This document shows positions 45,551 to 56,289 of a stretch of DNA of 64,000 nt, piece by piece. Both the position numbers and the translations under genes were made by a program. The stretch lies in assembly GCA_008369845.1 (NCBI GenBank), contig MRSU01001922.1, forward strand, positions 1 through 64,000, written 5' to 3'. Source of the stretch: Trichomonas gallinae (lineage: Eukaryota). The notes beneath the pieces are model-generated. The model was not told where the DNA came from. It saw nothing but the letters and a program-made list of their open reading frames with translations, and did not search any database. Every line of letters begins with the position of its first letter. Position 1 is the stretch's first letter.

Positions 45551-45880
45551 TATACAAAGATTGTTAAGCTTAAACTTTTGAATTTATTCAATCAAAATTC
45601 CACTTTTTTGTCACAAAAGTCCATAACATATAGAACTGCAAATTTCTTTCATCACAGTCCATCACGATGCAATTTTGAGTTCTGCCAATCTCACAAAAAA
45701 TAGGCAGACCAACATACCAAAATAAACATATTTTTACAGTAGTCAAATTTTGTTTAAACGTGCATATCTTCACACTGAGTTATTGTGTGTCTGTGATTAT
45801 TATAGGATAAAGTTATTTTTGGCTTGTTGGCTTCATTGTCAAATAAGATGACGATTGCTTCATGTAAACCATTCAAGATA

Positions 45881-45922
45881 ATATTGGGTTTATTTGACTT
45901 CATATTGAGTTTATTTGACTTC
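45881..45922 (+). repeat. 21-bp tandem duplication
   Basis: atattgggtttatttgacttc / atattgagtttatttgacttc (1 mismatch). Confidence 0.85.
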
Positions 45923-45942
45923 AATTCATTTTCCAATTGTAA

Positions 45943-47072
45943 ATGCGGACTACACTTGTGCTTGATTCACTTAAGAAGATGAACGACATTCTCACACAGA
46001 GAGGAATACAAAGCGACTACGAACTCGATCCATACAAAGCATTTACGCGAGAAGAATGCACGAAAATTATTGATTTTGGAACTGGAGCTTTATTTAAAAA
46101 TAATCCGTTTCATCGCAAGATATACACACTTGATGGCACACAAACACTAGTGTTTTCGGTAGTATTCTCATTGGAAGCAATTCATCGCATAAAGCAATAA
46201 CAAAGATGCCAGCAAAAAGCAGGGGCAGTTACTATTGGGAGCAGACAAAAGTAATTCAAGATGCATTGGCTGTTCTCGCAGAATTTAACATAAAATATGA
46301 AGATTTATTTGTAGACCTGTATTATGTCATTGCTCCACCGGTAACAAAAATATGGTGTGCTGATAGTCAACCCTGTAAAATACAGCTGGCCTCTCTCATG
46401 CCATCATTCAAATTTACATATGAGCAACAAGGCATCAAAATGGTAACTGGTGTAAGGTCAGTAGTATCTACAAAGAGAAAAGGCGGATTCAAAGTTGGAA
46501 TTGAAACGCAAACAGCAAGTAAAACAATTATAGCGGATACTGTTTATGGCTTATCAATATCAAAAGGAATGAAATCATACTCATATAAGCGAGATGAATA
46601 CGCAGATTTCAACTCGTTCAGTGAAATTGAAGAAAAAAGAAAATTAGTACAGCACAAAGATTATAAAGGAAACTACGGCCATTACCACGATGACTTGATC
46701 ATAGCAGTGGTGAACCCGGAGGAAATAGCCGCAGCAATTATTAATGGAAAAATCCAAATGGATGATAAATTAGAAATGGGAACACAAACTGATTTCGAGC
46801 CTGTCAGTTCTGCCAATGGCGATGATGATGAGTTTTATTTCCCCGAATTCACAGCAACACTTTCGAAAAAAGGCGGAATTTACACATTAAATAACATTGA
46901 TGACAGTGGTATGAGCAACCTTACTAAATGGCTCATTGTTGGCTTCTCAACTGCTTTAGCAATTATTCTCGTCGTTTTCTCAATCCTTTGCTACATCCAT
47001 GTTATTAAGCCATGCAGAGCAGGTAACAACTATAGTAGTTTTTCAACTACAGAAGCATACGATAAATCGTAA
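45943..47072 (+). pseudogene. Membrane-anchored protein gene split by a frameshift (ORFs 45943-46200 and 46206-47072)
   Basis: Inr TCATTT at 45926 precedes ATG 45943; the downstream frame is open from 46134; removing CA at 46141-46142 fuses the two; C-terminal TM WLIVGFSTALAIILVVFSILCYI and a short tail with YSSF. Confidence 0.65.
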
Positions 47073-47690
47073 AAAAAACATACGACTAAAATTCATAAAT
47101 ATATTTATATTTACAAAAGTTTACGTGGCAAAATAAATAAGGTTAAATTATGAAAACTTACCTAATATCAAAAAAAATCAAATAAATTCGAATCGTCATA
47201 TCAAATGAGGTTGAAACTTTAGGAGTAGGTAGTTTAGATCTATGTGAGCAATACTTATAATGAGCGCTAATCAAAATAATCTTGTATTAATCAATATTTA
47301 GCAATTTAAAATAAAATTACTTGGCAAAAAACAAATAAGGTTAAATATTGGGAATAAAAAACGAATTTTTTCAAAAAAAAAATAATAATTAATAAAAACA
47401 TCAGCATATCAATTATTTTTACAAAAAAATAAAAAACGATTTTTTTCAAAAATAGTTTACAAAAAAATTACGTGGCAAAAAACAATATATTTGAAATATT
47501 TCATGTTTGCTGCAATATTTGATATCTATATAGGCTACAAATCAAAAATATCATAAATGATATGAAAATTAATTTTGCAAAAAATAAATTTACAATTTTC
47601 GTTTGTATAAATGTCATTTTTAACTTCCATATATTCTATATTTAATTGATTTAAAGCGAAAAAGCTTAGATTATCAAACAAAAATCAAAA

Positions 47691-49682
47691 ATGTTCGAGG
47701 ATCTTTTTGCCCAATATTATCATCAAGTCACTCATGGATGCGAATCTGTTGACTGCCAGAACCCAAATTGCGCCTCGTGCTCCAAGTTTACGATGCCAGA
47801 AGACCCTACATTACTAGCTGTGAATTTGGCTGAAAATCATTTCAACAAAAACTGCCTTTGTCCATCGTTATCGTATTTAACAACAGACCCTTGCATTCTT
47901 TTACCGCTTGCACAAGCTCAATCTTTCTTCAATCAATTTATATTCGAACAAAAACCAGATGATAAATCATTAGACGGAATTGCATACGTGCTCTCGAATT
48001 ACAAGGCATTTCCTTATCTGTTTATGTCAGATGATTTAGAATTGGAGCCAGATGATTTGTTAATTGACGAAAGTTCTGTTAATTCATTCTTAAAGGCATT
48101 AGATAAGCGTAAAAACTATTTTGACAGCTACAGGAACAAGTTTACGCCAGTTATTCTTAAATTAATCGAAGATAAAACAGAATCATTAAGAAAAATTCGC
48201 GCACACATTATTTTATTCCTGTTTCCTGATCTAATCTCAGAATACATGCCAGAAATAACACAATCAATCTGCAAATTTTCACCGAAAATGCTAAATATTT
48301 TTGTTGAAACATTAATTCGCCTTCCTTCATTGTTTAGACATATGGTTAACTTCACAAGGATCGCTTTAGACATCCTCTGTGATGATAACATCAAACCACA
48401 CTCTCCAGAACTTCACGCTTTAACATCTTTTACTGAAATTCTTTCTTACATTAATTCTCAAACGCAATCACAGCTCCCGCAGTCTCGCTTCTTCAATGAG
48501 AAGCTCTGCACAATTATTTCGCCTGAAATGGAGTTCAGGCTCATTAAAGACGGCGAATTTTCATATCTCAGCACGCCATCAGTTTTAACGCATATGTTCA
48601 GGGCGAATCTGATTTCTAAGGAACGAGAATACATGAATGTACTCAATAACAACAGAAAACGCAATATTATTATTAGACGTGATCATATTCTCGAAGATTC
48701 GCTAAATGTGTTGTTGAAACTCCAATCACACGAACTGCATGAGATCATTCTGATCCAATTCAATGGCGAAAAGGCTCAAGATGATGGCGGTGTTTTCAAA
48801 GAATTCTTATACTTGCTTACAAACGAATTAATGAAGCCAGACCTTGACTTATTTAAGCCGACAAACACAGGAATGTGGTTTTCTCACGGCAAAAACGAAA
48901 ATCTTTACAAATTATTTGGAATTATCGTTGGCCTTGCGATTACGAACGAAATCATTCTCCCTGTGAGATTCCCGAAGATATTCTACAAGAAACTCGCTCG
49001 CCAAGACGTAACTATAAATGATTACGAACAATTCGAACCAGAAATCGTCCAGAGCTTCAAGATGCTCAAGAACATCGCCAAAAACGGCGGCAGCATCAAA
49101 GACGCAGACATGTACTTCACAGCTGTCGACAATGGCAAAGAAATCAACCTAAAAGAAAACGGATCAGATATTTTAGTTGATGAAACTAATTATAACGAAT
49201 TCATCAACTTATACATTGATTATTTCGTCAACAAGAGCATTAACAAAGAGTTTGAGGCTTTCTTCACAGGCTATTCTCTTGTCTGCGACATCCCGATTGT
49301 CTCCCTTTTGTCCGGTAGAGATCTAGAGTTGTGTGTTTCGGGCGAAGAAACATATAACTGGCTGGATCTCGAGCAGGCATCAGTATGCACAGGATACAGC
49401 AAAGACTCGCAGACTATCAAAGACATGTGGAAGATCTTCCAGGCTATGGACGTCGAAAAGAAGAAGGCATTCTTGAGGTTCGTGACAGGATCAGATCGCT
49501 CACCAATGGGCGGACTCAAGAAGGTTATCATCAATATACAGAGAAGTGGCGACACTTCACTTCTTCCAACTGCACACACATGCAAATCTATATTAGTCCT
49601 CCCAGACTACCAGAACGCAGAAAAACTCGAAAAGGCAATGACTGTTTGTGTGGAGAATGCAGAAGGCTTGTATTTGATCTAA
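47691..49682 (+). CDS. AZUL-HECT E3 ubiquitin ligase (UBE3A-like architecture)
   Basis: N-terminal YYHQVTHGC...C.NPNC zinc-binding AZUL; HECT motifs IRRDHILEDS, F.GEKAQDDGGVFKEF, FLRFVTGSDRSPMGG, LPTAHTC. Confidence 0.92.
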   Translation: MFEDLFAQYYHQVTHGCESVDCQNPNCASCSKFTMPEDPTLLAVNLAENHFNKNCLCPSLSYLTTDPCILLPLAQAQSFFNQFIFEQKPDDKSLDGIAYVLSNYKAFPYLFMSDDLELEPDDLLIDESSVNSFLKALDKRKNYFDSYRNKFTPVILKLIEDKTESLRKIRAHIILFLFPDLISEYMPEITQSICKFSPKMLNIFVETLIRLPSLFRHMVNFTRIALDILCDDNIKPHSPELHALTSFTEILSYINSQTQSQLPQSRFFNEKLCTIISPEMEFRLIKDGEFSYLSTPSVLTHMFRANLISKEREYMNVLNNNRKRNIIIRRDHILEDSLNVLLKLQSHELHEIILIQFNGEKAQDDGGVFKEFLYLLTNELMKPDLDLFKPTNTGMWFSHGKNENLYKLFGIIVGLAITNEIILPVRFPKIFYKKLARQDVTINDYEQFEPEIVQSFKMLKNIAKNGGSIKDADMYFTAVDNGKEINLKENGSDILVDETNYNEFINLYIDYFVNKSINKEFEAFFTGYSLVCDIPIVSLLSGRDLELCVSGEETYNWLDLEQASVCTGYSKDSQTIKDMWKIFQAMDVEKKKAFLRFVTGSDRSPMGGLKKVIINIQRSGDTSLLPTAHTCKSILVLPDYQNAEKLEKAMTVCVENAEGLYLI

Positions 49683-49977
49683 AACTTTTAGATATGTTTT
49701 TCCTTCATTATATATATTTTTTATTAACAAAATCAATTAAATTTTCTAAAGACGGAATGATTACATTTGCATAGTGCAAAGGAACCTAATTTATCAGTTG
49801 TGGTTTTATTCAAAGCAATTTCAAGATTAATCTCGAATAATAGCATTATCTCTATATAGCGATTTGAATTTATTTTTGGTTTGTCAGTATTGTTTGGGAC
49901 TTGATTGTTATGATTCTTCATGGGTTATTGAATTTTCATTGTTATCTATAATTATTATGATGTAGGCAAAAAAAACT

Positions 49978-50025
49978 GGGATAACAGCATTGATTGTTGC
50001 TTCATCAAATTGACATCATAGTTGA
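49978..50025 (+). pseudogene. Single ankyrin-repeat relic
   Basis: GITALIVASSN*HHS* (NGH with GGA changed to TGA). Confidence 0.5.
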
Positions 50026-50240
50026 AACGTTATATTCTCTTATTTCTTGTCATTTTTATCATTTTCAGTTCTATTCGAAACAAATTAAAAATATGAATAT
50101 CAAATTAAATCAAAAATAGCAAATTAAAGACGTAAAATAGAATATTTACAAGTAGTCTTATTATAATATAAACAGCAAAAAGGTTAAGTAACAAAAATGA
50201 AAACATGAAGTTTACATGATTGTCACTTTTTATACCCACG

Positions 50241-51101
50241 ATGGGAGATTTTGAGAAATGGAACAAATTCTGGGACAAGAAGGAGAATGTTACAACACCA
50301 CGCGGCACATTTAACGTCTACTCCAGTGAATGCGAGAGCGATTTTGTCGTTATGTGCGTTCACGGCGCCGGACATTCAGCCTTATCTTTCTCACTCCTCT
50401 CTAGAGCATTGAAAGACAAGTGTTCTATCATCGCACCAGATTTCAAGTGCCATGGTGACACACCAGGCGACGAAGCAGTTGATATGGAGATCAACAGCAT
50501 TGTTGAGGACTTCATCTCTCTTTGCGAGGTCCTTCTTCCGACTGATAAGCGTGCAATTTTGCTCGGTCACTCTCTCGGCGGCACTGTTGTTACATTTGCC
50601 GCAAACAAAGTAAAAGCCATGGCTTTAATAGCTATCGACACAATAGAAGGCAATACAATATCACAGCTCCCAGGTATGGAGAAATTACTTCAAATGAGGC
50701 CACACAAATTCGCCAATCCAGGTGAAGCGATCGCATATGTTGCAACAAGCGGCGAAATGGATAACCAGAAGAGTGCTGCTGTATCTGTAGCTGGAAGAAT
50801 GAAGGAATTACCAAACAAATCACTGACATGGAAGACTGATTTAATTAAATGCAAATCTTCTTGGGCAGGATGGTTCAAAGGATTCGCTGATGCATTCATC
50901 AAGGCCCATCCATACAAGATTCTCATTTTGCCGACAATTGATCGTCTTGACACTCCATTTACAATTGGCCACATGAGTGGAAAGTTCCAACTCTCTGTTA
51001 TCAACGGCACAAGCCACTGTGTTCATGAGGATGCTCCAGAGAAAGTCGCTGAAATCATCATGACAATGATCAAGAGAATCGGTCATTCTACACAATGGTG
51101 A
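50241..51101 (+). CDS. Protein phosphatase methylesterase 1 (PME-1)-like alpha/beta hydrolase
   Basis: Inr TCACTTT at 50223; HGAGHSALSF, GHSLGG nucleophile, IDTIEG, W.GWFKG, RLDTPFTIGHMSGKFQL, HCVHED. Confidence 0.88.
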   Translation: MGDFEKWNKFWDKKENVTTPRGTFNVYSSECESDFVVMCVHGAGHSALSFSLLSRALKDKCSIIAPDFKCHGDTPGDEAVDMEINSIVEDFISLCEVLLPTDKRAILLGHSLGGTVVTFAANKVKAMALIAIDTIEGNTISQLPGMEKLLQMRPHKFANPGEAIAYVATSGEMDNQKSAAVSVAGRMKELPNKSLTWKTDLIKCKSSWAGWFKGFADAFIKAHPYKILILPTIDRLDTPFTIGHMSGKFQLSVINGTSHCVHEDAPEKVAEIIMTMIKRIGHSTQW

Positions 51102-51606
51102 TTTATCTCTTTCAACGTGATTAAAATGTCATACGGTTTTATAGAAATCAAACAAAAAAAAGTCATCATTTCTTTCTATAAAAAAATTGTTTTTGAAATA
51201 TCATCTGCTATTCTATAGAATACATTGTTTTTCATGAAAATTATGATTTTTGCTTCGAATATTTTTTGAATTTTTCAAAGTGAAAATTAGACATTTTATA
51301 TTGGATTATTGCATTGTATAAGCTGAATATTGCATAAAATGTTGGTTAAAATAGATTTTCTTTATAATCAAATTCGAAATGAAAACTTTTGAGGGCAAAT
51401 CTCCAAATAAATTAGAGATTTGGATTTTATGTTATATAGATTGTTGATTTGTCAAATAAAAATCAAAATAATTGCAACATATCGAAGAATTTGATTGTTT
51501 TCGTATGAAAAAGAAAATATTAATGATATTGATGCCAAATTTTGTCTTAAATTCGATAAAATTTTTATTGTGAAGAGAAAAAACTGACAAAATTTAATTC
51601 AAATTT

Positions 51607-52302
51607 ATGAGTAACTCAAATCACGCGACAGAAATGCAAGCGTGCACAGAAATCACAAAGAAACTGCTGAAACTCCCGGGTGCGGCTCTATTTAGCAAGC
51701 CAGTCAACACAAATAACCCAGAATTTAAAGATTACACGAAACTCGTTAGAAATCCGCAAGACTTAGGTACTATATTAAAGAAGTTGGAAAACAACGAATA
51801 TCAGAACCCCCAACAATGGGAGAAAGATGTTGCTTTGGTTTGGTCAAATGCAGAAACGTATAATGGTAAAGGAACATATCCTGCTCTTATCGCGCAGCAC
51901 ATGTCTAAACAGTGCGAAAAATTAAAGAAAACACTGATCATGTGCAAAATTTCAGGATGGATGAAAAATTTATTTATTTGGAGAGATAAACTTGACAAAT
52001 TACTTGTTTCTCCACCACGTGGTTCAACTATTCGTATATTCCCTGAAATAGAGTACAAACCACCGAAATATGATAAATTTACACCAAAAGAAATGGAATC
52101 ATTCATTATTGCAAGCAGACAAATGACGAGGCCGGATGATGTGAAATGTATCGCAAAGATACTTGACCTACACCCAAATAACGCTGATGAAGATGATACT
52201 GTTGTGTTAAATATTGATAATTTACAACCAAGAACTTTACACGCATTGCGTGACTTCTTTATGAAGAGATATGCGGAGATGAATGAGCCTTATCCTGTTT
52301 AA
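51607..52302 (+). CDS. Bromodomain protein with C-terminal ET-like domain
   Basis: FSKPV, DYTKLVRNPQDLGTILKKL...Y, DVALVWSNAETYN; C-terminal LNIDNLQPRTLHALRDF. Confidence 0.9.
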   Translation: MSNSNHATEMQACTEITKKLLKLPGAALFSKPVNTNNPEFKDYTKLVRNPQDLGTILKKLENNEYQNPQQWEKDVALVWSNAETYNGKGTYPALIAQHMSKQCEKLKKTLIMCKISGWMKNLFIWRDKLDKLLVSPPRGSTIRIFPEIEYKPPKYDKFTPKEMESFIIASRQMTRPDDVKCIAKILDLHPNNADEDDTVVLNIDNLQPRTLHALRDFFMKRYAEMNEPYPV

Positions 52303-52387
52303 ACTATATAATATATGTATATTAAAAAAATTAAATTACAATAACATACTCTGGATATTTATAACAACATATATATAATAGAAAAGC

Positions 52388-53497
52388 TTATGAATCTACT
52401 CCTTCTGGCTTCAAAATCAAAGTTGATGCAAATGATCTGTAAGCTTTAAATGGAGGAAGAACTGGCTGCCCAATCAAAAACTGTGAGGACCTTCTTAATG
52501 GTAAACGGTTGCGTGGAGGTCTACCAATATAAGATTTGGAGTTTGAATTTTGTTTCTCTGGAGGAGGAGTATTAATTTTCCTTTGTATCTTCGTCATGAT
52601 GAAGGCCTTAATCTGGGATGTTTCATCAACATAAAGCAGACCTGCGTAGTTTTCCTTGTTTGGATTATAATTTGAGGAAGAAAAGACAGTATATACCAGT
52701 CCATTCCAATGTTTGCATACTCCACCTTCTACGCATTGATGTCCTCGAACTATTTGCTTCATTTTCGATGACTTAAGGAATTCTAACGTTGAATGATGTC
52801 CAAAATAGTTTCCTGTGCCTCGAGACGATGGTAAATACTGTGATATTCCATTCATTGGGTCGCTCCATAGCAAATCTTTTATCAGCGGCGTGAAATCATT
52901 GGAAAAAAGAGGTCGTTGGATCTTTTTTATCTGTTGGACATCATACAAGTATTCCGAGATTCCTCCGTGAACGCAGAAAATTCCATTATCAACTATGGCA
53001 GCCAGGGGCAAATAGTTAAACATTCCTTCGAATTTCATGAACATTTCGTCATCATAGTATTTTAAGACTTCTTGCTTGAAGCCGTATATGGAACTCACAG
53101 AGATTTCTTCATGATTTCCTCTAATTAAGTAAACATGTTCTGGAAACGCGCATTTAAGGGCGCAAAGTAAGGTTATAACTGGAATAGAGTAAGCACCACG
53201 ATCCACATAGTCACCCAGGAATAGCATTTTAGTTTTTGGAGGAAAACCAATATTTTTCAGTATATTTAGAAGGTCAATTATATTTCCATGTATGTCTCCG
53301 ATGATATATAACGGTCCTGTGAGCTCCATTACAATATCATCTTGCTGAAGGAACTCGATTGTCCTTTCGATTAAATTATAAATCAATTCTTCCGAGAATA
53401 GAGGAATTTCTGTTGCAGGATCGAACTCGCTGATGTTGAACGTAGGACTGAAGAGTGTATTGTTGTAGTATTTGAAAATCTCGCATTCTGTTTTCAT
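52388..53497 (-). CDS. PPP-family Ser/Thr protein phosphatase
   Basis: GDIHG, GDYVDRG, RGNHE, CVHGG, DLLWSDP, RGHQ, TVFSSSNY. Confidence 0.95.
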   Translation of the reverse strand: MKTECEIFKYYNNTLFSPTFNISEFDPATEIPLFSEELIYNLIERTIEFLQQDDIVMELTGPLYIIGDIHGNIIDLLNILKNIGFPPKTKMLFLGDYVDRGAYSIPVITLLCALKCAFPEHVYLIRGNHEEISVSSIYGFKQEVLKYYDDEMFMKFEGMFNYLPLAAIVDNGIFCVHGGISEYLYDVQQIKKIQRPLFSNDFTPLIKDLLWSDPMNGISQYLPSSRGTGNYFGHHSTLEFLKSSKMKQIVRGHQCVEGGVCKHWNGLVYTVFSSSNYNPNKENYAGLLYVDETSQIKAFIMTKIQRKINTPPPEKQNSNSKSYIGRPPRNRLPLRRSSQFLIGQPVLPPFKAYRSFASTLILKPEGVDS

Positions 53498-54511
53498 TGA
53501 TATTTTTATAATTTATGAATTGAAATCTTTTTAGCAAAAAAATTTTTTTATAATTTGATAGAATTCATATAATTTTTTGATAACAGCAATGAAATTGATT
53601 CTTTTGATTACATTTTATTATATAAGATCTACACATTGTAATTAATGCTGATATATGTTTTATAGAAATTTTACATTTGACACGGAAAATTTTGAAGAAT
53701 TCGCCTTCTAGACATGAAATAAGCAAAGTTGGTGCGATGGCGTTGAAAATTTGTCAAATTTGTGTATCGATTTTTCAATGAAACGAAAATGCTCGTGGAG
53801 ATAAATGCATATAAAGCGTGTTTGATCAATTTTAAATTTTTTACGGGTGCGTTAAATTTTTAGAAAACACTTTAAAATAAATAAGAACATATGTGTGATT
53901 ATTTCAATTCGAAAAAATTCAAAAGATGTTTTTCGTTTCTCAGCCAAAGTAAAACACGTATCGGAGGACTTAGTAATAGCTTCGAAGGATTCCACAGAGT
54001 GTGTTGATTATGTTCTTGTATTTCATTTGAACTGTTTGATATTAAATTGCAATAAATTTTTCAAATTGGATGATTAACAGGCTTATTTCGCTGTATAATA
54101 GCTGTCATAATGGAAAACATTAAGCATATGACAGTGATCTTAAACATGCAAGTTGATTCTATTCAAAAAAAATTGAAATGTATTAATTGAAATTAGAAAC
54201 TCTTTATTTGTAAATGGATTAAACACATATATCTAAATTAATTTATCATTGAAATTGCTTGATATATCATATCAAATTGTTTAGTTCATATCTCCAACAA
54301 ATCATATGGACTTGAAAATGAGTCCACATAGCCATAAAATAGCCTCTATTTGTAAGATAAAATGTACATCAGAAACTGTAAAAATTATCAATCCATATTT
54401 TAAGCCAAGCATATTTAAGCTGTGGAGATTAGATTATCTTGGCATAGTCACATCAATTTACCATTCCGAAGATGCAATTGACAGTTATGCAGTGATGTTT
54501 AAAAAAAGAAC

Positions 54512-55321
54512 TTATCTTTTAATAAATTGGTGAATTGTCTGGTTAATTTCTTCTTGCTTGTTTATTTGATCTTGCAAAATCATGCAATCTTGATCAAGAT
54601 TGGAAATCTTTTGAGTAAGCAATAATATTGTATCTTTATTGTATTTCTCAAGTGAGACATTATTTCCTAACTTGGATTTGCACTCATTTATGTTGATTGG
54701 AACTGAAGAAATTGATTCAATTTTCGATTCAAGATCAAATTTCGTATTTTTTAGCTTCTGAATTTGTTCCTGTAGACTTTTAATGTTTTGCTTAAACTGC
54801 TGTTCGCTTTTTGTGTTGTTTAATTGCATTTTTGATTCTCTTTTAACTGTATTTTTTGATTCGATTACTTGTTTTTTGATATCTTCTGCTAATCTTGATA
54901 ATTTGGCAGTATCTGAATCTGTTTTAAGGATTTCGCCTTGTTTTTTGGCATGAATTTGCTGTAATTCGAAAAGTCTCTTTGTTAGTCTTTCTCGTTCTGT
55001 TTTGACAGACTTTTGTCTTTCTAGTTCTTGATTGTATGTATAGTTTGTGGTTTCTAGTCTTGCAGTAGCTTCTAATATTAATTTTTTTAATTCTTCAATT
55101 TTAGAATTCTGTTCAGATATTATAGCGGATTTTTCCATTAGTAATACATTAAGTCCATCTATCACGTATGTTTTTTCGTCGTCAATGGCTATATTTTCAT
55201 TTAGATCAATTGATTTTGTCATATTTGTTCTAGAAACAATCCTTCCTCGTTTAGATAATAACTTTGGAGTATCAACTATAGTATCAGGTTCAAAAGCAGG
55301 CTCAGATTCTGCCTCTAACAT
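54512..55321 (-). CDS. Hypothetical coiled-coil protein
   Basis: Long K/E/Q-rich heptads; ATG at 55321 (MLEAESEP) chosen, start uncertain. Confidence 0.7.
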   Translation of the reverse strand: MLEAESEPAFEPDTIVDTPKLLSKRGRIVSRTNMTKSIDLNENIAIDDEKTYVIDGLNVLLMEKSAIISEQNSKIEELKKLILEATARLETTNYTYNQELERQKSVKTERERLTKRLFELQQIHAKKQGEILKTDSDTAKLSRLAEDIKKQVIESKNTVKRESKMQLNNTKSEQQFKQNIKSLQEQIQKLKNTKFDLESKIESISSVPININECKSKLGNNVSLEKYNKDTILLLTQKISNLDQDCMILQDQINKQEEINQTIHQFIKR

Positions 55322-56289
55322 GATTATGTTAAAAATTAATATGTGTACGTTTATCAACAAAAATGATGAAACAACAAAATCCAAATTCTCTTTGCTCAGA
55401 TCCTTCTGCTTCATGATTGAGAGTGAATTGTTGAATGTATATAAGGATTTACCAAAATTAATTAGCATATTGATAAAATATTGGAAATAAAGAAAAAAAC
55501 TTTCAAGATATATTGTGCTATTGTATATGTATTATGTCCTTAATCTATGTGGAATAATACAAAATTTTTCTTGAAATTAAAAAAAAATTATTTTGGAGGA
55601 AAATCGACGTAAATCAACAATGCAGTAACTGTACTTTCCAAGAAATCGATTTTTTTCTAATTTTTTTTTTTGCAAGAACAAAAACTAGTTAAAATTGCAT
55701 TAGAATTAAAATAGGGTCCGATATATTGAATTTGGGAAGATTTATTGGTTATATTTGAACATTTTTTGTTCAAAAAAATAACTCAAAAAAATTGGAAAAT
55801 AATGAGATTAATCCGTATTAATGATGCCATATATTGTGGGTTAGAAACGTTGGCTCTGAAAAGTGTTTTTTTTTTATCAATATCGATAATTATTAAAAAT
55901 GAAGGCTTTATACAGTTACCATGATGTTCCAACATGTTTCTATAGCTTAATATTGCACAAATATAACAGTTCGCCGAATGTGTTCTCTTGTTGCAACAAT
56001 AAATAAAGTTATCCGATTAAATATTTTGAATCGCAGTAATTTTCTTTATTTCAGTCTATTACCACTATTTTTAACATAATATGATTTATATGAGCGATAA
56101 TAACGGTTTGGCATTGAAAATTCAATCACGTCAGATATGACATAATATGACTTCTAAAATATAATATAATAAAAATTAAGAGTGAAAATTTAAAAAAGGT
56201 TATTTTTTTATCGAAGAATAATCATTAAATATTGTGTTATATCGAATTACCACCATATAATATTTTTGAACTCCTTTAATTTTAAAATA

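Noticed and set aside
50241..53497. PME-1 near a PPP phosphatase as a functional cluster
   Set aside because: The phosphatase lacks the PP2A-type C-terminal YFL methylation tail; PPP genes are abundant, so adjacency is likely chance
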